Source: Macrostomum lignano
Taxonomy: Eukaryota
DNA: 64,000 nucleotides
Direction of reading: 5' to 3'
NCBI GenBank assembly: GCA_002269645.1
Contig: NIVC01002320.1
Coordinates: 120,354-184,353 of the forward strand
Shown: in pieces, positions 36,801 to 50,084 of the stretch
Numbering within the stretch: position 1 is the first letter of the stretch
Layout of the letters: each line of letters starts with the position of its first letter
Translations under genes and position numbers: made by a program
The notes under the pieces: model-generated
Told to the model about the DNA's origin: nothing
Seen by the model: the letters and a program-made list of their open reading frames with translations, nothing else
The model's database searches: none

Positions 36801-39378
36801 TCAAGGAGTCCAAGAAGGATCTGAATCAGAAAATGAACGAGCTCTCCGCCGACCTGGACAAGAAGTGGGCGGACACGCTGCGCCGTGAGACTGCCAAGCT
36901 GCGTCAGGAGTACGACATCCAGAGCAAGGCCGATAGCCAGGCCGGCCTTAAAGCGTTCAAAAAGTTGAAGGAAGAGGAGGCGGCCGAGGCGGCGCGGCAG
37001 GCGGAGGCGCGCGAGCGGAAGCTAAAAGAGGAAATCGAAGCACTGCGCGAGGCGGCTGCGGCAGCGGAGGCCGCCTGGCAGTCTCGACTGGACGAGGCTC
37101 GCGCCGAGGCGGAGAAGCAAGTGGCCGCGCTTCAGCGGGAGCTGCAGGCAGCGGAGAAGCGAGCCGCAGGCGAGTTGGAGAAACTCCGGCGTGAGAAAGA
37201 TGGCGAGCTGGCGGCAACGAAGGACAGCCTGAATCGGCAGCTGCTGGAGCTGCAGTCGGCCGGCAGCGGCCTGGCCGAAGAGACGAAGCGCAGGGCGCAG
37301 CTGGAGGCGCGAGCGGAGCTGGAGAAGCTTCGGCTGGAGCTTGAGCAAGCCAAGCAAAAAGCCCTGGACGAACTGAGCAGCCGGATGGAGCGCGAGAAGG
37401 AGCAGGTGCGAAGCGAGATGGTCGGCCGATTTGCGGCTGAGCTTGACGGGCACTCGTCCAGCTATCGGCAGCAGCTGGCTGAGGTGCAGGCGGCCCTCGA
37501 GCAGGCCAAGGCGGAGGCAGAGGCGCGGGAACGGGCGCTGGCCCAGCGCGCCGATTCGCTGCGCGGCGAGTGCGCGGAGCGGGAGCGCAAGATTGACAAA
37601 CTGCTGCGGGACGCGGAGGCGGCTCGAGAGGAGGCGACGGCGCTGCGGCGTAACCTGGAGGCGAAGAGTCGAGAGGCTGCAGAGGCCAAGTCCGAGTTTG
37701 ATGAAGGAATCAGGTGATTCTGGGGATAAATCAGTGATTAGATCTTTGTTTACTTGTGTCAAAACGTGAATACAATATTTCACACTTTTGTTCTCGCGCA
37801 GAAAACGGGAGGAAGAGATCACCGTGCATTTCGAGGCCCGCCTGCTGAAAGTCCGGGAGGAGGCGGCTTCTGAGAAGCAGCGAGTCATCACAGAGTTCTC
37901 AAAGGCGCAGGAGCTGCTAAAGATGAAGATTTTGGACTATAAGCAGCGCTTGGAGGACAGCGAGGACCGGCTGCGAAAGCGGGACCCCAGGCCCGAAGAT
38001 GTGGAGACTATTCAGGGCCTCCGGGCGCGGCTCAGCGAGCGCGAAGCCGAGGTGGCCAAGCTGGTGGTGAGCTTTCGAGGAAATCCTTAACTAACGGGAC
38101 AGAAATTTGCTTTCAAATTTGTACACGTGATGTCATTGAAAGACTTTGAAAGAAAGAAAGAAATGTAAATATCGACCATCCCAGAAGATAGTGGTAATAA
38201 GCGGCTTGAATTGTCTTAACTAAAAGACTTTAAATACTACTGTCAATGAGTAGACTGCAAACTCGTTCGCATTTATGGAAAAGTATGTTTGAATGTCCTT
38301 CTTTCACTTTCCCCGTCACTGCAGGAGGACATGCGGTTCTATAAGAACGAGTTGATCAACAGGGAGACCAACTACAACAAGGTGTTTAATAGTACAAATG
38401 GGCCGCATGTTGGACTCGTGAATCCACTGGCTGCCAAGGTTTGTCACTGAGTTGCGTATTCACACTAGCTTACTGAGGAGCTTAGGTACAGACACCAGAC
38501 TAATGAGAAGCTTAGGTACAGACACCAGACTACTAAGAAGCTTAGGTACAGACACCAGACTACTGAGGAGCTTAGGTACAGACACCAGACTACTGAGAAG
38601 CTTAGGTACGGACACCAGACTACTGAGTGACTTAGGTACGGACACCAGACTACTGAGAAGCTTAGGTACAGACACCAGACTACTGAGGAGCTTAGGTACA
38701 GACACCAGACTACTGAGTGGCTTAGGTAAATACACCAGACTACTGAGGAGCTTATAGGTACGAACACCAGACTACTGAGTGGCTTAGGTACAGACACCAG
38801 ACTACTGAGGAGCTTAGGTACAGACACCAGACTACTGAGTGGCTTAGGTACAGACACCAGACTACTGAGAAGCTCAGGTACGGACACCAGACTACTGAGT
38901 GGCTTAGGTAAAGACACCAGACTACTGAGGAGCTTAGGTACGGACACCAGACTACTGAGTGGCTTAGGTACAGACACCAGACTACTGAGGAGCTTAGGTA
39001 CGGACACCAGACTACTGAGTGGCTTAGGTACAGACACCAGACTACTAAGGAGCTTAGGTACAGACACCAGACTATTGAGGAGCTTAGGTACAGACACTAG
39101 CTTACTTCGTGGCTTAGGTACAGACACCAGACTACTGAGGAGCTTAGGTACGGACACCATCCTGCACCCGATCTCACTCCATATTGCAGCAGAAGAAGCG
39201 CAACTCAGTGTCGGATTCTCCCAGCCAGTCGGCCGCCAGCTCCACCGGCTCTCTGAAGGGCAAGGGCCGCCTGGCGCCGCTGCCCGGTTCGCCGATGCAC
39301 GACGAGCCGTTGACGCCGTCGAAGCCGCTGCCGCCGGCCTCCGTGCTGGCTTCCGGGTCTAGCAAGAAGTTCTTGTAG
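30877..39378 (+). CDS. FAM184A: FAM184A/B-like coiled-coil protein, 8 exons, ~1104 aa
   Basis: Exons 30877-31002, 32338-32628, 35214-35795, 35878-35998, 36087-37713, 37802-38066, 38325-38438, 39190-39378 (3315 nt, phases consistent). Family motifs HVKMSKKIAQLTK|VIYALNTKNDEHE and FYKNELINRETNYNKVFN; C-terminal LAPLPGSPMHD...SKPLP. Confidence 0.93.
32868..34958. repeat. 14-15-bp minisatellite in FAM184 intron 2
   Basis: Alternating units tctgacaccataat / cctgacaccacaaa, drifting to acctgacaccacaa toward the 3-prime end. Confidence 0.97.
38462..39158. repeat. 30-bp minisatellite filling FAM184 intron 7
   Basis: Unit cttaggtacagacaccagactactgaggag, ~23 copies. Confidence 0.96.
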
Positions 39379-39909
39379 CCAATCATCACGCTGTAGCTAA
39401 AAATATCCTTTAGAAACTTTCGTTGACTGACTTCGAGTGCAGGGTGCAAAACCAGTTGAAAACTACTCCAATTTCAATGGCGTATTTTCATGTGCTGGAC
39501 AAAATTCTTCAGAATCTTCTCGACTGATCGAGCGCGCTTTGATTGGTCAGTTGTTGGCTTTGCTTTCTAGTGCATGTGTACTTAACTGTGAACTTTATGA
39601 TCGGCTTTTCTTGTAGTACAACACTGTTTATTGTGAATAATGCTTATTTTACATTGACTACTTCGAAATACTTAATACACATATGCAAACTCAGAATTAT
39701 AGATCTGATAATTTTATTCATTAGCCTAAAGCGCTGAGACTCTTTCTGAGCTTTGTTCATGCTGTCAATGTCTCAGGTAGGCAACTTTTAGTTCGATAGT
39801 TCAACACATTTAAAGTGAATGCGTGAGAGGCGAGAGCCTAATGCAACCTTTGTTATCCTGCTCGTTTATCATATCAACCTAGTGAGAATATTTAATTCAA
39901 ATGAATAAA

Positions 39910-41345
39910 ATAACCGCTGGAGCTGTGGTCCTGCACAGGACGCCGCCTTCGCGAAGTGGCAGGCTCTCTGTTGTCGTCCGATCCAGTTTAAGCACATTTG
40001 GACTCTACAAAGAATCTGATTCTGGAGTGCGACGCCTCACCATACTGCCTGGGTTCAACCGCATGGTGCATCGCGCTGGTGCTTCTCTGTTGGGAGCCGA
40101 CGCCCTAAGCCGCCTCAGTTTCAACGCCCATATAGCTTGTTATGCTGCTGGGTTACCTGGACGATGGACCCGGGACAGCAGTCCAAGTGAAAGCCTTGAC
40201 CCGGCGGGATCCTGTGCGTTCTCGAGCGTTGTATTTTACAAAAAGTGTCACAGTCAGCGTCACGTCAGTTGTAGCTCAAGCGGTCAAGCGGTGCATCCGA
40301 AATGGCCTACGCAGCGAGTCACGGACCTCAGAATCAGCACTTAGCACTCATCAAATAACTGGTCGAAGACTCAGCAGCATCCTTATCCTTGGAGTCCATC
40401 GGGCGCTGTCAGCGACTATAGGGACGACTCAGCGGTGGTCACCCCGTTACTGAGGACCTCTAAGGACGTAACCCACATGTCGTCGCACTACCCGGTCGTT
40501 ACCATCGAATCCGCAGTGGTAGGATGCAGGCCAGCAACACCAAATACTCTAGCCGGCTTCATTCAAACCGTCGGCCCAAAAGTCTCTGGCCGGGACCGTG
40601 TCGCCAGGCTTGTACGTCCGGAATCGGACCTCGCTGTCGTGTTGCTCCTTCTGCTGGCTCTGCTTGCTTGCTTAGGTCAGGACGAGCTGTGTTCAGTAGT
40701 GTTCTTAGCTTACGTCTGATGGGGAGCTCGCAGGAAGAAACACCGGTAGTCGTATGCGGTGTGGCACGATAAGTCGATAACTCAGCAAAAACCGTGTAAC
40801 CTCCTCCAAAGATCTGTCACGCTGCTTTTCCCGAGACCGCTTTAGCGTCTGGGCAGCTCTGGACGGCCAGACCATTAAACGCTGAATAATGGATGCCACC
40901 CGGGCGTGCTGGATACCGTTCTTACGCAGGAATTCTGACATCTATTCGAGCCTGTTATCCAACACAATAATGTCTGGGAAACAATGGGTCGCAAAAACTT
41001 GAAACTTCTGGGTAGTGGCTGACGAAGTTGCAAAAGCAACCACACGCACGTCTAAACATTTGGAATTGGCGTCGACCACCACCACTACCGGCATCTTGCC
41101 AGCTGCCGCTTCAGCGTAGTCATGTGCAATCGCGGTCTATCTGGTCACGGCCAGGGAAGCATCGGCGAAGGTATTGGCGCCGGTACTCTTTGGCAAGGCA
41201 ATCAATCTCATCGTCCATGTCAGGCCACCAGAAGTAGCCCAGGGCCAACGATTTCATGCGCGACGCTCCTGAATGGCACTGGTGGATCACTTGGAGCAAC
41301 ACAGCCCGAGCTGCAACTGGGATGACTCAGGCCAGCCAGTTTTTG
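39910..41345. mobile_element. Degenerate Gypsy/Ty3 LTR-retrotransposon pol fragment (RNase H end on +, integrase on -)
   Basis: Plus strand: VHRAGASLLGADALSRL and TAVQVKALTRRDP. Minus strand: LLQVIHQCHSGASRMKSLALGYFWWPDMDDEI (H2C2 region), VVVDANSK, IIVLDN, EFLRKNGIQH, TRFLLSYR. Multiple frameshifts. Confidence 0.85.
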
Positions 41346-41426
41346 TGACGGAATAAACTGTTTTTGTGGTTTTAGTTATAGTTTTGTCCGGACGTTTAAA
41401 AAAGTCTTTCATTTTGGTTGGTGCAT

Positions 41427-41463
41427 CAAGGACTACTTAACGAAGTAACTTCAGTGGTCCTTG
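41427..41463. mobile_element. 37-bp inverted-repeat mini-element / putative P-like excision footprint with 8-bp TSD
   Basis: tggtgcat[caaggactact...agtggtccttg]tggtgcat. Confidence 0.75.
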
Positions 41464-42049
41464 TGGTGCATTCAGTTGCTTGATTGTCGCATCATTTTTC
41501 TTATTTGTCCAATATTTTGTTACAATATTGTTCGTCACTATAGTTGTAGGATCTCTACCAACAGATATACTGCAAAGTATTCTCACTTATGACATTTTCA
41601 TATCCTTTACGCAATTCTGAAAGTTTTTGGTGCTCCAAGATTTGATCTTCATCGGGCAAGGATGTGGTAGCGTGGCCTTAGTGCGATGTCTACATGTACA
41701 ATGTAGGTAAGAAATGTTTAACCAAAGTTCAAATTTTACGCAGCCTGCTACTACAGGGATGAATACAAAAATGTACGCAAGAGATGACAGTGTTGAGCAT
41801 GTCAGACTCAGAAGAGACCATTTTCGAGTACTACGCGTGTACATAGTACAATTACAAAAATTACTGACTAAACGGTACATACAGTGCTTAAACTTTTCCC
41901 TTTGCAATCAGCTTGTCCTGACTTCCTTTTTAGTCAGTGCAACACTTTGTGAATAATATTTCCCTTTTATCGACTAGCGACACGTACTAATATAAATACA
42001 ACACATCTGCTAGCTCGGACTTATAGATCGAATGATGTTATCCTTAGTC

Positions 42050-42590
42050 TAAAACTTTGAGACTTTCTGAGCTTTAGCCCATGCTGCTCCGTATATTGAT
42101 TTGGGCGAATTTCTCAGGTGGCACATTGGGGAATCAATCCGACTTTGGGGGGGGGGGATTTGTTTGGCAAGCCATTCCCGTTCTGTGCGAGTGGTTGAAG
42201 ACTCCCCTATTGGTCGCAGAGGCATTATGGATTCGCTGCGGGTCAGCGAACCCCCGGTCAGGACCAGGATGCGACCTGGCCTAAAGAGTGTCACTGCTTA
42301 GGATTTGCGTTATGCAGCGCATTCCCAGGCCTTCTCAGTTTCCGTGTAACGCTGAAGCGCATTGCGAGCGTCTGCTCGGTAAGTCAGTAAAGCGATATTG
42401 CTATGGCTGAATTCCATGTGCATTTAACTTGTATCGCACTCATTTTTCCACCTAAAGAGGGGTTCATATTACCGCGAGTACCTCTGCCGGTCGTCCAAGA
42501 TTGCTCAAATTTGATCAATCTTGGACCCGCAACAGTTCGAATTTTAAAGTACAGCTCTACAGTATGTAAGCAGAGTTTCAAGTACATTTT
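42050..42590 (-). mobile_element. Possible decayed Penelope-like GIY-YIG endonuclease fragment
   Basis: Minus strand reads AIQVKC...Y*LTEQTLAMRFS...NALH, resembling the VYxIxC...YIGxTxxxLxxRFxEH...SAL pattern; interrupted by stops. Confidence 0.4.
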
Positions 42591-42663
42591 AGTATTTATT
42601 TAGCTCTATACTTGTAAAGTGTCTCAAGTCCCTCACCAATACGATTGGCATGAGTAGATCAAC

Positions 42664-42682
42664 CAAGGACCACTAGTCCTTG
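42664..42682. mobile_element. 19-bp inverted-repeat mini-element / putative P-like excision footprint with 8-bp TSD
   Basis: agatcaac[caaggaccactagtccttg]agatcaac. Confidence 0.75.
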
Positions 42683-43338
42683 AGATCAACGTGCAGAGCA
42701 GGCCCAATCAGCCTGACTTATTTAACAAAAAATGAATTGGCTCAAGAAGTATGCTGCTTCTCCAGAGACGATGTTGTCGCCATCCTTTCATCCCCTCTGT
42801 TGCATCTTCTTTTTGAGAAATTTCTTTGCGCCCTGGGCTGATGCAGCTTAGAAAATACTGTGCGGATTTTTTGGCAGGTTGAAATCTACGAGTATTTTCT
42901 GGTGTACTCAACGGGAAATAGCAGACAGTGCAGCCTCCCAGAGCAGCAGGTGGTTACTCATTCTATTGTCTTGGCATGAGTGCCGGCTTGAGCTCTCTGA
43001 CCTTGAGCTCTAAGTTGAGCAGGACTTTTGCAGTAGCGCCCATCTGCTCACGACTTTTTAGGAAACTCTTCATTGCCTGAGCTCTCATTGTTTGGCGTGA
43101 AGTTGAGTGACAGACAACAGCAAGCAGACTTTGACAGTCCAGAACTGACATATTCTCGACTGTAGCTTCTTCTAGCTAACACTACCAAACTGCATTTTTC
43201 ATTGGCTTAAAACATGCTTATATTTTACAAGACACGGCAATACTCTTTACACTGTAGATTTCACACCTGCCGATAAATTTGGTTCAGGATGCTAGATCAT
43301 ATGGCGTACGGTAATGCACAGATTCATGAATTCATGAT

Positions 43339-46300
43339 CTTCCTCACCAAGTAGCCAATCTGTCTCATGCTGCAGATGAGAGCTTCCTCACCAGGTAGCC
43401 ATTCTGTCTCATGCTGCAGATGAGAGCTTCCTCACCAGGTAGCCATTCTGTCTCATGCTGCAGATGAAAGCTTCCTCACCAACTAGCCATTCTGTCTCAT
43501 GGATGAGAGCTTCCTCACCAACTAGCCATTCTGTCTCATGGATGAGAGCTTCCTCACCAAGTAGCCATTCTGTCTCATGGATGAGAGCTTCCTCACCAGG
43601 TAGCCATTCTGTCTCATGGATGAGAGCTTCCTCACCAACTAGCCATTTTGTCTCATGCTGCAGATGAGAGCTTCCTCACCAGGTAGCCAATCTGTCTCAT
43701 GCTGCAGATGAGAGCGTCCTCACCAGGTAGCCAATCTGTCTCATGCTGCAGATGAGAGCTTCCTCACCAACTAGCCATTCTGTCTCATGCTGCAGATGAG
43801 AGCTTCCTCACCAGGTAGCCATTCTGTCTCATGCTGCAGATGAGAGCTTCCTCACCAACTAGCCATTCTGTCTCATGCTGCAGATGAGAGCTTCCTCACC
43901 AGGTAGCCAATCTGTCTCATGCTGCAGATGAGAGCTTCCTCACCAGGTAGCCAATCTGTCTCATGCTGCAGATGAGAGCTTCCTCACCAGGTAGCCAATC
44001 TGTCTCATGCTGCAGATGAGAGCTTTCTCACCAGGTAGCCAATCTGTCTCATGCTGCAGATGAGAGCTTCCTCACCAACTAGCCATTTTGTCTCATGCTG
44101 CAGATGAGAGCTTCCTCACCAGGTAGCCAATCTGTCTCATGCTGCAGATGAGAGCTTCCTCACCAGGTAGCCAATCTGTCTCATGCTGCAGATGAGAGCT
44201 TCCTCACCAGGTAGCCAATCTGTCTCATGCTGCAGATGAGAGCTTCCTCACCAACTAGCCATTCTGTCTCATGCTGCAGATGAGAGCTTCCTCACCAACT
44301 AGCCATTCTGTCTCATAGATGAGAGCTTTCTCACCAGGTAGCCAATCTGTCTCATGCTGCAGATGAGAGCTTCCTCACCAACTAGCCATTCTGTCTCATG
44401 CTGCAGATGAGAGCTTCCTCACCAACTAGCCATTTTGTCTCATGCTGCAGATGAGAGCTTCCTCACCAGGTAGCCAATCTGTCTCATGCTGCAGATGAGA
44501 GCGTCCTCACCAGGTAGCCATTCTGTCTCATGCTGCAGATGAAAGCTTCCTCACCAACTAGCCATTCTGTCTCATAGATGAGAGCTTCCTCACCAACTAG
44601 CCATTCTGTCTCATAGATGAGAGCTTCCTCACCAAGTAGCCATTCTGTCTCATAGATGAGAGCTTCCTCACCAGGTAGCCATTCTGCCTCATGCTGCAGA
44701 TGAGAGCTTTCTCACCAGGTAGCCAATCTGTCTCATGCTGCAGATGAGAGCTTCCTCACCAACTAGCCATTCTGTCTCATAGATGAGAGCTTCCTCACCA
44801 AGTAGCCATTCTGTCTCATAGATGAGAGCTTCCTCACCAGGTAGCCATTCTGTATCATAGATGAGAGCTTCCTCACCAGGTAGCCATTCTGTCTCATGCT
44901 GCAGATGAGAGCTTCCTCACCAACTAGCCATTCTGTCTCATAGATGAGAGCTTCCTCACCAACTAGCCATTTTGTCTCATGCTGCAGATGAGAGCTTTCT
45001 CCCCAAGTAGCCATTCTGTCTCATAGATGAGAGCTTCCTCACCAACTAGCCATTCTGTCTCATAGATGAGAGCTTCCTCACTGACTAGCCATTCTGTCTC
45101 ATAGATGAGAGCTTCCTCACCAACTAGAAATTCTGTCTCATAGATGAGAGCTTCCTCACCAACTAGCCATTCTGTCTCATAGATGAGAGCTTCCTCACCA
45201 ACTAGCCATTCTGTCTCATAGATGAGAGCTTCCTCACCAACTAGCCATTCTGTCTCATGCTGCAGATGAGAGCTTCCTCACCAACTAGCCATTCTGTCTC
45301 ATAGATGAGAGCTTCCTCACCAACTAGCCATTCTGTCTCATAGATGAGAGCTTCCTCACCAACTAGCCATTCTGTCTCATAGATGAGAGCTTCCTCACCA
45401 ACTAGCCATTCTGTCTCATAGATGAGAGCTTCCTCACCAACTAGCCATTCTGTCTCATGCTGCAGATGAGAGCTTCCTCACCAACTAGCCATTCTGTCTC
45501 ATGGATGAGAGCTTCCTCACCAACTAGCCATTCTGTCTCATAGATGAGAGCTTCCTCACTAACTAGCCATTCTGTCTCATAGATGAGAGCTTCCTCACCA
45601 GGTAGCCATTCTGTCTCATGCTGCAGATGAGAGCTTCCTCACCAAGTAGCCATTCTGTCTCATGCTGCAGATGAGAGCTTCCTCACCAGGTAGCCAATCT
45701 GTCTCATGCTGCAGATGAGAGCATCCTCACCAGGTAGCCAATCTGTCTCATGCTGCAGATGAGAGCTTCCTCACCAACTAGCCATTCTGTCTCATGGATG
45801 AGAGCTTCCTCACCAACTAGCCATTCTGTCTCATGCTGCAGATGAGAGCTTCCTCACCAGGTAGCCATTCTGTCTCATAGATGAGAGCTTCCTCACCAAC
45901 TAGCCATTCTGTCTCATAGATGAGAGCTTCCTCACCAACTAGCCATTCTGTCTCATAGATGAGAGCTTCCTCACCAACTAGCCATTCTGTTTCATAGATG
46001 AGAGCTTCCTCACTAACTAGCCATTCTGTCTCATAGATGAGAGCTTCCTCACCAACTAGCCTTTCTGTCTCATAGATGAGAGCTTCCTCACCAACTAGCC
46101 ATTCTGTCTCATAGATGAGAGCTTCCTCACCAAGTAGCCATTCTGTCTCATAGATGAGAGCTTCCTCACCAACTAGCCATTCTGTCTCATGCTGCAGATG
46201 AGAGCTTTCTCCCCAGGTAGCCATTCTGTCTCATGGATGAGAGCTTCCTCACCAACTAGCCATTCTGTCTCATGGATGAGAGCTTCCTCACCAACTAGCC

Positions 46301-48730
46301 ATTCTGTCTCATGCTGCAGATGAGAGCTTCCTCACCAACTAGCCATTCTGTCTCATGGATGAGAGCTTCCTCACCAACTAGCCATTCTGTCTCATAGATG
46401 AGAGCTTCCTCACCAACTAGCCATTCTGTCTCATGCTGCAGATGAGAGCTTCCTCACCAACTAGCCATTCTGTCTCATAGATGAGAGCTTCCTCACCAAC
46501 TAGCCATTCTGTCTCATAGATGAGAGCTTCCTCACCAACTAGCCATTCTGTCTCATAGATGAGAGCTTCCTCACCAACTAGCCATTCTGTCTCATAGATG
46601 AGAGCTTCCTCACCAGGTAGCCAATCTGTCTCATGCTGCAGATGAGAGCTTCCTCACCAGGTAGCCAATCTGTCTCATAGATGAGAGATTCCTCACCAAC
46701 TAGCCATTCTGTCTCATAGATGAGAGCTTCCTCACCAACTAGCCATTCTGTCTCATAGATGAGAGCTTCCTCACCAACTAGCCATTCTGTCTCATGCTGC
46801 AGATGAGAGCTTCCTCACCAGGTAGCCATTCTGTCTCATGCTGCAGATGAGAGCTTCCTCACCAGGTAGCCATTCTGTCTCATAGATGAGAGCTTCCTCA
46901 CCAGGTAGCCATTCTGTCTCATAGATGAGAGCTTCCTCACCAACTAGCCATTCTGTCTCATGGATGAGAGCTTCCTCACCAACTAGCCATTCTGTCTCAT
47001 GCTGCAGATGAGAGCTTCCTCACCAGGTAGCCAATCTGTCTCATGCTGCAGATGAGAGCTTCCTCACCAGGTAGCCATTCTGTCTCATGCTGCAGATGAG
47101 AGCTTCCTCACCAGGTAGCCATTCTGTCTCATAGATGAGAGCTTCCTCACCAACTAGCCATTCTGTTTCATAGATGAGAGCTTCCTCACTAACTAGCCAT
47201 TCTGTCTCATAGATGAGAGCTTCCTCACCAACTAGCCTTTCTGTCTCATAGATGAGAGCTTCCTCACCAACTAGCCATTCTGTCTCATAGATGAGAGCTT
47301 CCTCACCAACTAGCCATTCTGTCTCATAGATGAGAGCTTCCTCACCAACTAGCCATTCTGTCTCATGCTGCAGATGAGAGCTTTCTCCCCAGGTAGCCAT
47401 TCTGTCTCATGGATGAGAGCTTCCTCACCAACTAGCCATTCTGTCTCATGGATGAGAGCTTCCTCACCAACTAGCCATTCTGTCTCATGCTGCAGATGAG
47501 AGCTTCCTCACCAGGTAGCCAATCTGTCTCATGCTGCAGATGAGAGCTTCCTCACCAAGTAGCCATTCTGTCTCATGCTGCAGATGAGAGATTCCTCACC
47601 AACTAGCCATTCTGTCTCATAGATGAGAGCTTCCTCACCAACTAGCCATTCTGTCTCATGCTGCAGATGAGAGCTTCCTCACCAACTAGCCATTCTGTCT
47701 CATAGATGAGAGCTTCCTCACCAACTAGCCATTCTGTCTCATAGATGAGAGCTTCCTCACCAACTAGCCATTCTGTCTCATAGATGAGAGCTTCCTCACC
47801 AACTAGCCATTCTGTCTCATAGATGAGAGCTTCCTCACCAACTAGCCATTCTGTCTCATAGATGAGAGCTTCCTCACCAACTAGCCATTCTGTCTCATAG
47901 ATGAAAGCTTCCTCACCAGGTAGCCAATCTGTCTCATAGATGAGAGATTCCTCACCAACTAGCCATTCTGTCTCATAGATGAGAGCTTCCTCACCAACTA
48001 GCCATTCTGTCTCATAGATGAGAGCTTCCTCACCAACTAGCCATTCTGTCTCATGCTGCAGATGAGAGCTTCCTCACCAGGTAGCCATTCTGTCTCATGC
48101 TGCAGATGAGAGCTTCCTCACCAGGTAGCCATTCTGTCTCATAGATGAGAGCTTCCTCACTAACTAGCCATTCTGTCTCATAGATGAGAGCTTCCTCACC
48201 AACTAGCCATTCTGTCTCATGGATGAGAGCTTCCTCACCAAGTAGCCATTCTGTCTCATGCTGCAGATGAGAGATTTCTCCCCAGGTAGCCATTCTGTCT
48301 CATAGATGAGAGCTTCCTCACCAACTAGCCATTCTGTCTCATGCTGCAGATGAGAGCTTTCTCCCCAGGTAGCCATTCTGTCTCATAGATGAGAGCTTCC
48401 TCACCAACTAGCCATTCTGTCTCATAGATGAGAGCTTCCTCACTGACTAGCCATTCTGTCTCATAGATGAGAGCTTCCTCACCAACTAGCCATTCTGTCT
48501 CATAGATGAGAGCTTCCTCACCAACTAGCCATTCTGTCTCATAGATGAGAGCTTCCTCACCAACTAGCCATTCTGTCTCATAGATGAGAGCTTCCTCACC
48601 AAGTAGCCAATCTGTCTCATGCTGCAGATGAGAGATTTCTCCCCAAGTAGCCATTCTGTCTCATGCTGCAGATGAGAGATTTCTCCCCAAGTAGCCATTC
48701 TGTCTCATGCTGCAGATTATAGCTTTCTCA
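43339..48730. repeat. 5.4-kb 39/44-bp satellite array
   Basis: Unit gatgagagcttcctcacca(ac/gg)tagccattctgtctcat(a/gctgca). Confidence 0.98.
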
Positions 48731-49309
48731 CTGAGCAGAGTCTGGGCACCAAATACTATGTCCATCTTAAGAGAGGCCGGGAAAGTGCAGACGGAATTGG
48801 CAGCCGTCACGGATAAAGCAGTGACGCGCGCATGGTTTCAAGCTGAATCAAAATATTAATTTGTCTAATGACCGGGGCAGACTGAGGATTGGCAAAGGAA
48901 GAGTGCGCCGCAGAGTCCTGAGGCACTAGCAGCTCAGCATCATCAGCGCAGTGCTGTGGGATGGCTGGCGGCCTAGTCTAGCGAGAAATCCGTGAAATTA
49001 GCCGTCATCCAACGGACAGGCTGAGAGAAAGGAAAATAATTAATCTGAGTTTCTAAAGAACCTGGCTCAGAAAGTGCTGGTATACGAGAGCGGAGTTTAT
49101 CTAGCTAAAAAGAGTCCAACCGACCAGGAACTGCTAGAATACTCTAGCAGTAGGGGAGCACGGGAGCACGGGAAGCGCAAAGTTTATGAGGCTGATCATT
49201 TGGAGCGCATGACTACCTGGTCATGGTCAGGCAGTTTACACACTGTAATATGGTCTTGAGTGTGTACACGGAATTAAACCTAAAATCAATGATTCGAGTG
49301 AAAATCTTT

Positions 49310-50084
<775 letters not shown>

